Assembly (NCBI GenBank): GCA_963717525.1
Contig: OY970343.1
Coordinates: 1,024,001-1,088,000 of the forward strand
Reading direction: 5' to 3'
DNA from: an uncultured Methanoregulaceae archaeon
GTDB taxonomy: Archaea > Halobacteriota > Methanomicrobia > Methanomicrobiales > Methanospirillaceae
DNA length: 64,000 bases
Part shown: positions 30,842 to 39,341 of the stretch, in pieces
Position numbering within the stretch: position 1 is the first letter of the stretch
How the letters are laid out: every line of letters begins with the position of its first letter
Translations under genes and position numbers: made by a program
Notes under the pieces: model-generated
The model's database searches: none
What the model saw: only the letters and a program-made list of their open reading frames with translations
What the model was told of the DNA's origin: nothing

Positions 30842-31591
30842 ATGGATATCGTTTACACCATCTGGCTGCGGAGCATGAAGAGGTATGTCCGGTCAAAGAG
30901 CAGGATCGTGGGGAGCATCGCGATGCCGCTCTTCCTGCTGGTCTTTCTGGGCTTTGGCCTTAACTCGGTGGTCAGCGCCACGTCGCTCGGGCAGCAGTAC
31001 GTGATGTTTCTTGTGCCCGGCATGGTCGCGATGAGCGTGCTGTTTACCTCTGTCTTCTCCGGCATCCAGATCATCTGGGACAAGCAGTTCGGGTTTTTGA
31101 AAGAGACACTTGTAGCGCCGGTCACACGGATCGAGATCATGTTCGGCATGACTGTCGGGGGCGCGACCACGGCGGTGATCCAGGGAATCATCCTCATGGT
31201 GCTTGCCGTGTTCCTGGGCCTGCGGATCGAAAACCCGGCAGGTTTCCTTATCGCTCTCGGTTTCATGATCCTTGTCGGGATCTCGTTTACCGCGTTTGGA
31301 ATTGCAATTGCCTCGCGGATGGAGGACATGACCGGCTTCCAGCTGATCATGAATTTTGTCGTCTTTCCCCTCTTCGGGCTCTCGGGAGCACTCTTCCCCA
31401 TCAGCTCCCTGCCTGCATGGCTTGAGCCGGTCACCCTTGTCGACCCGCTCACGTACGGGGTGGAGGGGATCCGGTACGGCCTGACCGGGGCCTCGCAGAT
31501 CAACCCGCTCATCAGCGTCGTGGTGATTGCCGGGTTTGCGGTCGCGATGACCGTGGCCGGGGCATACCTCTTCCGGAAAGTCTCGGTGTGA
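30842..31591 (+). CDS. ABC-2 type permease (DrrB-like)
   Basis: Six TM helices, with GFLKETLVAP, LSGALFP and DPLTYGVE. Confidence 0.92.
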   Translation: MDIVYTIWLRSMKRYVRSKSRIVGSIAMPLFLLVFLGFGLNSVVSATSLGQQYVMFLVPGMVAMSVLFTSVFSGIQIIWDKQFGFLKETLVAPVTRIEIMFGMTVGGATTAVIQGIILMVLAVFLGLRIENPAGFLIALGFMILVGISFTAFGIAIASRMEDMTGFQLIMNFVVFPLFGLSGALFPISSLPAWLEPVTLVDPLTYGVEGIRYGLTGASQINPLISVVVIAGFAVAMTVAGAYLFRKVSV

Positions 31592-31798
31592 AAAAGCCGG
31601 GATACCACTCTGATTTTTTTGCTCTGCTGAAAACATTTTTTTCAACTATCCCGTCCCCCTCACTCCAGCCATGCCCCCAAAGGGGTCGGAGGCGTATGCG
31701 ATGCATCAGTATTGCCAGGAGGCAAGCATGCGAGCGAATCTGTGTACAGATAATACGGCATCAAGAGCAAACGGGGGATGCCTCTAGCGTGCGGGTGC

Positions 31799-31816
31799 GG
31801 CAGCCCAAGGAGAGCG
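31799..31816. repeat. Dispersed intergenic repeat, copy 2
   Basis: GGCAGCCCAAGGAGAGCG is 17/18 identical to 3366-3383. Confidence 0.6.
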
Positions 31817-31911
31817 TTTATAATCCATTTTGGAATTTTTACAGTGCAGTTTTTTTTGGCAAATGGATCACCTTTTGGCATTTCCCGTCCTATACAGGAA
31901 CGGTGAAACCA

Positions 31912-32274
31912 ATGAATGAAGACGTCATTGTTGTCAGCACGCCGTACCTGCCGGGTCATAAGATCACAAAGACACTGGGGTTCACATGGGGCCTGATTGT
32001 CCGGAGCCGGGGCCTCGGCCGTAATATTACCGCAGGCCTCCGCTCGCTGGCCGGTGGTGAAATTCACGAGTACACCCAGCTCCTCAACCAGTCCCGGGAA
32101 GAAGCGCTCGCACGGTTGAAAGAGCACGCGAAGGCGCTCGGAGCAAACGCGGTCATCGGCGTTGCGTTCGATTCCTCTGAGACGGGGGGCGTCATGACCG
32201 AGGTGCTTGCCTACGGCACCGCGGTGGTGGTCGAGCCGGAGACGACAGCGGCAAGCCCGGTCCGGCTCGGGTGA
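31912..32274 (+). CDS. YbjQ/UPF0145 family protein
   Basis: GLRSLAGGEIHEYT, GANAVIGV and EVLAYGTAV. Confidence 0.9.
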   Translation: MNEDVIVVSTPYLPGHKITKTLGFTWGLIVRSRGLGRNITAGLRSLAGGEIHEYTQLLNQSREEALARLKEHAKALGANAVIGVAFDSSETGGVMTEVLAYGTAVVVEPETTAASPVRLG

Positions 32275-33008
32275 GGGCAGGGAAATTGTTACAGGACGAT
32301 CCGGATCTTTTCTCCCAAAACACCGGGCAGATGAGGGCACCTCAAAACAGCCCTTCTTTTCATTTCCCCGCATCTTTGCCCATCCGGGAAAAGATCGGCC
32401 AAGAGAAAGATGCTATTTAGAGCCCTTGTTCTCCGACGTAAAAATAGCCTCAGGATCATGAATTAGTGCCCCTTTTGACCGAATTAGTGCGTCCCGGTCG
32501 GACAAAAGAGGTAATCCGGGTTCAATTCGGGCCCGGAACAGCCCGGTTCAGATTGGAGAGGGGGGATCTGTCATGAAATACCCTAGCCCGGGGGAAGATC
32601 CCCAAAACAGGCCTTTTTTGCCCCGGCCCCCTCCTCCAGCACCTCCGGAAAAAGGGGGCCAACAGAAGCCCGCTATAGTGCAGGTTTAAGTGGCCCTCTT
32701 TTTGGCCGGTTTTAAAAAAGAGGGGCAAAATGGTGTTTTTTCCGTGGGCGTGGACATCGTTTCCTGTGGAACCAGAAAACGGGATCCCCGGATCGGTAAT
32801 CCGGGGTCGTATCGGGCGTATTTGGGATACGCTTTTTTGGGGGAATATGGGAGGAGACTCATGTATCCCCACTCTTGTTCTCCGACGGAAGGGAGGCCAG
32901 GACCGTGAAGATTCAGCGATATTCCGGGGTCGAAATCGCAAAAAAAAGGTTATTCAGGCCAACCGCCACCCTGTCAGAACCCTTATCAGATGTATTATGA
33001 GAATATAC

Positions 33009-33185
33009 ATGATGAAAAAAATTGGAAGAACGGGAATCCTCCTGGGGATTGCAGGATTTATAGTGGTGATCGTTCTGTCCTGGCTGAGCTTCCTGATTTT
33101 TATTTCCGGCATCATTCTGATCGGTGCAGGATTGATCTGTTTGCAATTCGATCCCCCGGAGTGGTATGAATTACGGGGCAGATAG
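33009..33185 (+). CDS. Small two-TM membrane protein
   Basis: MMKKIGRTG followed by two hydrophobic stretches. Confidence 0.5.
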   Translation: MMKKIGRTGILLGIAGFIVVIVLSWLSFLIFISGIILIGAGLICLQFDPPEWYELRGR

Positions 33186-33230
33186 TTCCCCACACAATCT
33201 CTTGCGATGGCCCCGCACCCCGGGTAGTAC

Positions 33231-33250
33231 TGCCGCGGGATCGCGCTCCA
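33231..33250. repeat. 20-bp direct repeat, left of AT-rich islet
   Basis: TGCCGCGGGATCGCGCTCCA is 19/20 identical to 34607-34626. Confidence 0.75.
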
Positions 33251-33288
33251 ATATTGCTTATCCACCTTTGTGATCTTTAAGCTGAGCC

Positions 33289-33978
33289 TCATATCCGCGT
33301 TCTGTTGGCAAAAGTCCGGGCGCCCGGTATGTGCCGGGGGCCCGGTATGTGATTCATCAGTGCCTGCAGGAACGCGAATATGGCTGTCATATTAAGATGG
33401 AAAACAAAGACGAAAAACAAGATCCAAATTATAAAAATTCCAACAGCTATTTGCCAAAGCCTTTGCGATATACGAAGGCTTAATTTCGCATAAAATGTTA
33501 AGGTCTTGCCATCGTCTTCGACGAAATATATGTATCGATCTATCGGAAATACCGGGATAAAGAAAAATGTAAAGTACCGCGTAAAGCCGTACATTTTTAA
33601 TCCAATTCCAAAGAAATTAAAAAGTGTTGGTGTTTCTATAGAGAAGTCTTGGTGTTTTTTGTCTTCCCTTGGCGGTGTATAAAGAGGAACTTCCTCGGTA
33701 CTTGAATAACGAGAATATTCCTTTGGAGGGGTATAACGAGGAACTTCCTTGGAAGGTGTACCACCAATTTTATGTAATTCATCATAGGATCTTCGTTTTG
33801 TTGGATCACGAAGTATCGCATAAGCTTCATTAATTTCTTTAAAAATTTCCTCTGCGCCGGGATCTTTACATAAATCAGGATGGTACTTTACTGCAAGGTT
33901 ACGATATGCCTTTTTTATCTCATCGGCTGATGCATCTCTTTTAACGTGGAGTATTGCATAATAGTCTTTTGCCGTCAT
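33289..33978 (-). CDS. DnaJ-domain membrane protein
   Basis: DYYAIL...YHPD...[15 protein letters not shown], then TM segments. AT-rich coding sequence. Confidence 0.85.
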   Translation of the reverse strand: MTAKDYYAILHVKRDASADEIKKAYRNLAVKYHPDLCKDPGAEEIFKEINEAYAILRDPTKRRSYDELHKIGGTPSKEVPRYTPPKEYSRYSSTEEVPLYTPPREDKKHQDFSIETPTLFNFFGIGLKMYGFTRYFTFFFIPVFPIDRYIYFVEDDGKTLTFYAKLSLRISQRLWQIAVGIFIIWILFFVFVFHLNMTAIFAFLQALMNHIPGPRHIPGARTFANRTRI

Positions 33979-34092
33979 TTCATTCAGCTAGAATGAAGAA
34001 ACGTCTGTTTTTCCAGATTTAATCATTCCCAATCCGGTTGTATCTGTCCGCAATCCGGGGCCATCCAGACAACAAGTACGAACCGGCCATTC

Positions 34093-34536
34093 TCAGAAAA
34101 GTTTTCTGATATACGTTATCAGGGATAAGTGGGCATTCTCGAAAATCCCTTTTTCATTCTTCGTTTCTTCGAGCTGGTATTTCCTCTCGTTTTCTTTGAA
34201 ATTGTGAATCCCTTGATCAATTGCCAAGTTAAAAGACACCGTAATTTCGTCTAATTTGCGGAATATCTCTTTTGCATTGTATTTGCTTTTGTTATAATGA
34301 TCCGTTATTTCTTCCGGGGATGCAAAGTGAAAGCCTTGGCAATTTGGCAGTTGTTTAAATCCTCTGCAAGGTCTGAAAATCTGATACTGCATTTTGAAAT
34401 TCCTCATATCGTCGTCAAATTGGGAACGGTACTGTAACTCTTATGCAAAGGAAGAAATTTGCATGTTTCTAATTTCTTCGATTTTGGCAGTCCAGAAATT
34501 TATGAACTTATCGACATAATCTTCCTTATCGGCCAT
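34093..34536 (-). pseudogene. AT-rich hypothetical gene interrupted by an in-frame TAA
   Basis: MADKEDYVDKFINFW...ISSFA*ELQYRSQ continues in frame into ORF 34093-34407. The stop is at 34441-34443. Confidence 0.55.
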
Positions 34537-34606
34537 AAGGAGAGATATTCATCGCAGATTATATTTAATTCAATCCGGCAGACATACCCGGCATTCAGTA
34601 CAGAAT

Positions 34607-34626
34607 TGCCACGGGATCGCGCTCCA
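34607..34626. repeat. 20-bp direct repeat, right of AT-rich islet
   Basis: TGCCACGGGATCGCGCTCCA. Confidence 0.75.
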
Positions 34627-34898
34627 TGACCTTTAGGAAACTACCTTGCCGAGTCCTAAAAATCCCATGATAAAGAGCGCCGTGTAAATCCGCCCAAAAA
34701 AATGTCCTTAATAATACCAAAAGACCATTTTTTATCCGCCCCAACCAAGTGCCCTTATTAAAAAATAATGTGACAGTTGGATGATAGAGGAAAGCCTGAA
34801 TATAGATAGAAGTAAAATAAACCTTTTAAGAGTTTTCAGACGTTAGCGCAAAATAACAAAGTAAATGCTTTAAACTTTGTCTTTCTCCAAAAAAAGGA

Positions 34899-36092
34899 CT
34901 ATTTGTTGATATGCACGACCTTTGCCGGGGGAAACCCGTTGAAGTACGTGGACGAGGCGATCGAGTAGGCCCCGATATTTTCCGAGTAAACAAGGTCCCC
35001 GATCTCCAGTTCCGGCAGTTCTGCCGAGAGCGTGATCGTGTCAAAGGCATCGCAGGTCGGCCCGAAGACTGCTGAGATCTGGCGTGGTCCCTCCTTGAAC
35101 GCGAGCACCGGGTAGGTGCAGTGATCGAAGACCTGTCCCGAGTAGGTGTGGTAGACGCCGTCGTTGATATAATAGCAGGGCTTGCCATCACGGTACGCCT
35201 TTCCCACAACCTTTGCAACCAGCGTGCAGGCATTCGCAACCAGGAACCGGCCGGGCTCGGCAAGAATCTCCATGTCGGCCGGGAAGAACCTGGCGATCTC
35301 GGCTTTGAGTTTTACGGCGAGTTCTTTGATGGAACGGACCTCGGGGTTGTACTTCACGGGAAAGCCGCCACCGATATCAAGGATCCTGATTTTCTTGTCC
35401 AGCCGGTGCTCCGCCTCCGCAATGATGTCGGCTGCGATCTGCAGCGCCACGACATAGTTGTCGAAGTTGGTGCACTGGCTCCCCACATGGAAGCTTAATC
35501 CCTCGACGACAAGCCCAAGATCAAAGGCCGCCGCGATCAGGTCGACCGCCTCGCCCGGGTCAGCCCCGAACTTCGAGGAGAGCTCGACCATGGACCCGGT
35601 GTTTGGCACCCGGAGCCTGAGCACGAGCCCGGCCTGCGGGGCGTGTGCCCGGATCTTCCTGAGCTCCTCGATGTTGTCGAAGGTCACAAGCGGCTTGTAC
35701 TGGTTAAGCTCTTCCAGTGTCTCGATTGGCTTGATGGTGTTCGCGTATATAATACGGTCCCAGATCCAGTCCTGCCGTTCCTTGTCCGGCAGATCTTTGA
35801 TAAAGTTATAGACGATCATGAACTCGGGCATAGAGGCGACATCAAAACTCGCCCCCAGATCCATGAGGGTTTTTACAATCTCGGGGTTCGAGTTCGCTTT
35901 CACTGCAAAATAGACCTGGATCTTGGGAAAATTCTTCTTGAATTCGCGGTAATTCTCCCGGATCTTCTTGTGGTCAATCACAAAAAGGGGAGTCCCTTCT
36001 TTTCCCGCCAAATCCTCGAACATCTGGCGACCTCCACGGTCCATGTGGGAGACCGTGTCATCCTGCCTGCATGCGTTTGTTGAAGAGTTCAC
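34899..36092 (-). CDS. Alanine-racemase-fold (type III PLP) ornithine/lysine decarboxylase
   Basis: YFAVKAN, FDVAS, SKFGA, SFHVGSQ, LDIGGGF, AEPGR, GPTCD and GAY. The true start may be 36023 or 36044. Confidence 0.92.
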   Translation of the reverse strand: MNSSTNACRQDDTVSHMDRGGRQMFEDLAGKEGTPLFVIDHKKIRENYREFKKNFPKIQVYFAVKANSNPEIVKTLMDLGASFDVASMPEFMIVYNFIKDLPDKERQDWIWDRIIYANTIKPIETLEELNQYKPLVTFDNIEELRKIRAHAPQAGLVLRLRVPNTGSMVELSSKFGADPGEAVDLIAAAFDLGLVVEGLSFHVGSQCTNFDNYVVALQIAADIIAEAEHRLDKKIRILDIGGGFPVKYNPEVRSIKELAVKLKAEIARFFPADMEILAEPGRFLVANACTLVAKVVGKAYRDGKPCYYINDGVYHTYSGQVFDHCTYPVLAFKEGPRQISAVFGPTCDAFDTITLSAELPELEIGDLVYSENIGAYSIASSTYFNGFPPAKVVHINK

Positions 36093-36128
36093 GTCCGTTC
36101 CTCTGCGCTTTGTTGGTACATGAGTGAT

Positions 36129-37571
36129 TCATCGCACAAATAAGAAGTTTTTGAATTGCCAGACATCGGACTTGTCGTAGTTGTTCTCAGGGTTCTCCCG
36201 GAAATAGACCGTCCGGTTTTTGAGCGGCGTCCAGTCAGAAGGCCCGGACCAGAATTCCCCGAGATAGGGTTTTGCAATATCCAGTACAAATTCGTGGGGC
36301 AGGTCGTCAGGCAGGCAGAATCCCTTCTTTGGGTTCTCGATCATCCACATCACCGCGGAGACGACACCGAGCGCGACCTGGATCGTGGTCGCGTTCTGTC
36401 CCGGCGCAAGTTTTTTTGCTTCGTCTATGGGGAGGATGCTGCCCGTCCACCAGGAATTATACGGGTGGCCCATCAGGAGCGCGCCAAGGATATCGGACCC
36501 GCCGGATATTTCACGGTCGTTCATGATCCGGAGCTTGGGCTGGAGCTCGTAGTTCCTGCCCCGCAGTTCATGGAGCGATGCGATCGTTGCATCGCAGGGC
36601 ATGTACGCGTAGTTCACGGTCGGCCGGTAGATCGCTTTACCGTCCTTCCAGACCGTCCACCGGTCGGAGATGCCGAATGCCTCCCCGTGACGGATCACCA
36701 TGCCCACGATCTCCTGCTCGGGGACCCAGGACCGGATCCAGGTATTGATCCCCATGTGGGGGAGCATGATCGCATTCTTGGGGCCCGCAGCCGGCACGTG
36801 GGCATCGGGCGGCAGTTCCTTCTCGTGGGTGCCCCACCCGATTTCGGCCGGGGCCGTGCCCTCTTCGAGCAGCCCCTCGATACACCAGGTCCCGACAAAT
36901 TCGTTCACTTTCTTTGGCGACCGGGTGGTCTGGGTGTCGCGCTCGGAGCAGTGGATCACCTTGATCCCGACCTCCATCGCAAGCTCGTTGAACTTCTGCT
37001 CAGCAATCAGGCGTGTAAACCGGGCCGGGTCCTGCGCGAGCCCGTCCTCGATCATCTTATGGGCGATATCCACGAGGCCCTGTTTTGTCATGTGCGAGAT
37101 AAGCCCCGGGTTTGCCCCGTGGTCGACCACGCTGGTTGTAGAATTTTTCCAGTCCCGGGTCAGCTCCCGCAGTTTCATCTGCCGGTAATACAGGGACTTC
37201 TCGACCGGGCTTGCGGTATAGCGCTCACCGAGCGGGTCCCAGGCTTCCACGGACGTGTTCACGTACAGCACGTTGTGGTCGTGACACCATTGGACAATTT
37301 CGCCTGCGTCGATGTTCCATGCAAGATCGATCAAGAGGCCGCCCTCGGCAAGGGTCTCGGCGAGGATCGTATTGAGATTTTCTGGGGTGATCTTCCGTTT
37401 CAGGAACCGGAGGCCCCGGGTCGTATATGCCTTGAGGTCCTGGGATTTATCCTTAAAATCAACGATGGTGATATTTTCAAGCGGAATATTGACATGCCGG
37501 AGCAGGATCGGAATCGTGCACTTTGATACGGCCCCATATCCGATAATGAGTACTTTGTTTTTAAAGTCCAT
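36129..37571 (-). CDS. hss: Homospermidine synthase
   Basis: GYGAV, HGANPGLISH, IHCSERDTQ, WCIEG, IRHGEA, YRPTVNYAY and QNATTIQV. Confidence 0.9.
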   Translation of the reverse strand: MDFKNKVLIIGYGAVSKCTIPILLRHVNIPLENITIVDFKDKSQDLKAYTTRGLRFLKRKITPENLNTILAETLAEGGLLIDLAWNIDAGEIVQWCHDHNVLYVNTSVEAWDPLGERYTASPVEKSLYYRQMKLRELTRDWKNSTTSVVDHGANPGLISHMTKQGLVDIAHKMIEDGLAQDPARFTRLIAEQKFNELAMEVGIKVIHCSERDTQTTRSPKKVNEFVGTWCIEGLLEEGTAPAEIGWGTHEKELPPDAHVPAAGPKNAIMLPHMGINTWIRSWVPEQEIVGMVIRHGEAFGISDRWTVWKDGKAIYRPTVNYAYMPCDATIASLHELRGRNYELQPKLRIMNDREISGGSDILGALLMGHPYNSWWTGSILPIDEAKKLAPGQNATTIQVALGVVSAVMWMIENPKKGFCLPDDLPHEFVLDIAKPYLGEFWSGPSDWTPLKNRTVYFRENPENNYDKSDVWQFKNFLFVR

Positions 37572-37735
37572 CCAAAACCTCCTGGGCTTAAAATATAACC
37601 CGTTTTTATTTTAGGCGCTCTGACGTTATAAAATTATGAGAAAATCGCGAAAATTTGCCATACATGCCTTGCCCCACCGGCAAAAAAAGCGGTTACTTAA
37701 TTGGGAAAAGGTACAATATACCGGCAGGCGATCCT

Positions 37736-37918
37736 ATGTCAAAACGGGCAGTTGACCTGATCTTTTCCGCGACCTATATGCTCACCGATCTCCGCATGAT
37801 CCTGCGCGAGACGGCACCGACGCACGAACTGGACGAGCAGCAGCGGGCGGAGGTAGCCCGCCTGCTCGAAAACCTCGAACGGCAGGTTGGCTCCTTAAAG
37901 CAGGAGATGCTGAAATGA
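37736..37918 (+). CDS. Small SepCysS-associated helical protein (SepCysE N-terminal-like / 'SepCysSn')
   Basis: 60-aa helical ORF (DLRMILRETAPTH) with an ATGA overlap to pscS. Confidence 0.6.
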   Translation: MSKRAVDLIFSATYMLTDLRMILRETAPTHELDEQQRAEVARLLENLERQVGSLKQEMLK

Positions 37919-39097
37919 AGTGCGGGAACGGGATCGAGGCCAGGCAGGTAAACGAGCCTCTTCATCAATATCGATCCGATCCAGGCCGGGGGGCGCCTGA
38001 CCGGCGACGCTATCAAGGCGATCATCGCATACGGCGACGGGTATTCGGTCTGCGACAACTGCAGGAAACCCAACCGGCTCGACTGCATTGCAAAGCCTCC
38101 CATCGCAGAGTTCCATAAAGATGTCGCCGCGTGGCTCAACATGGACGCGGCCCGGATGATGCCCGGCGCCCGGCGGGGGTTCCAGGCGGTTGCCCACACG
38201 TACGTGAACAAGGGCGACCCGGTCCTTGTGACCTCGCTCTCGCACTACACTGAGTTCCTTGCGGTCGAAGGGGCCGGCGGGGTTGCCTGCGAGATCCCGG
38301 CAGACGAACGGCATCTTATCACTCCCGATGCAGCAGCGGCAAAGATCGAGGAAGTGGTGCACAAGTTCAAAAAAGCGCCGGTCTTTGCCCTGATCGACCA
38401 CGTGGACTACCAGTACGGGAATCTGCATGATGTCGCCGGTATCGCAAAGGTGGCGCACCAGTACGATGTCCCGGTGCTCTGCAACGGCGCCTATACGGTC
38501 GGCACTATGCCGGTGGACGGAAAAGCCCTCGGGGCTGACTTCGTGGTCGGCTCGGGCCACAAGAGCATGGCGGCACCTGCCCCGTCCGGTGTCCTTGCCG
38601 TGACCGCGGAGCGGGCTAAAGAGGTCTTTCGCACGACTACGATCGAAGGGGACGTGACCGGGCGGAAGTTCGGCATCAAGGAGCCGGAGATGATGGGCTG
38701 CACGCTCATGGGTGCAACGCTCGTGGGCATGATGGCCTCGTTTCCCCATGTCAGGGAGCGGGTGAAGCATTTCGACCGGGAACTCGAAAACAACCGGGTC
38801 GTCACGGAGGCACTGCTCTCTATCGATGGGACGAAGATCCTCTCAGAGTACCCGCGGAAGCATACGCTGACCCGGGTCGATACCACCGGATCGTTTGACA
38901 AGGTTGCCGAATCCCACAAGAAGAAGGGGTTCTACTTCTCGTCCGCGTTGAATGACAAGGGGATCTTCGGGCTCATCCCGGGCGCGACCCGGGTCTGGAA
39001 GTTCAACACCTACGGGATGACGGCAAAACAGGCCCGGTACCTCGCCGATGCCTTCATCGCGGTGGCACAGGAGAACGGGGTTCTGGTAAAATCATAA
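37915..39097 (+). CDS. pscS: O-phospho-L-seryl-tRNA:Cys-tRNA synthase; frameshift near 37955
   Basis: INIDPIQAGGRLT and GDGYSVCDNC upstream, in frame with the main ORF. Then GARRGF, HVDYQYGN, SGHKSMAA and GCTL. Confidence 0.92.
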
Positions 39098-39150
39098 TTT
39101 TTTTGCAGGTCCAACTATCCCCGCGAAATCCCTCCTTTTTACAATTACCC

Positions 39151-39330
39151 TTATCCTGCCGGCATGGATTTTATCTTGTAACATATGCCGAGATCCGTGG
39201 TGAAAAGGTACAAAATACCGACATCGATAAGGGTTGAAAATACCCCGATAAGGAAAAACCCGATAATCTTTTCCAGGGAAAGCACGGTAAAAAAGGTGCT
39301 CCCTTTTATCTGTTCTGCAAGGGTGGTCAT
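39151..39330 (-). pseudogene. Truncated GtrA-family flippase-like fragment
   Basis: KIIGFFLIGVFSTLIDVGILYLFT resembles a GtrA N-terminus. The ORF ends shortly afterwards. Confidence 0.5.
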
Positions 39331-39341
39331 ACAACAGCAGG

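Noticed and set aside
36156..37526. Long antisense ORFs (for example 456 aa opposite hss, 365 aa opposite the RND gene, 331 aa at 8988-9983)
   Set aside because: They are shadow ORFs of high-GC3 genes and have no recognisable motifs.
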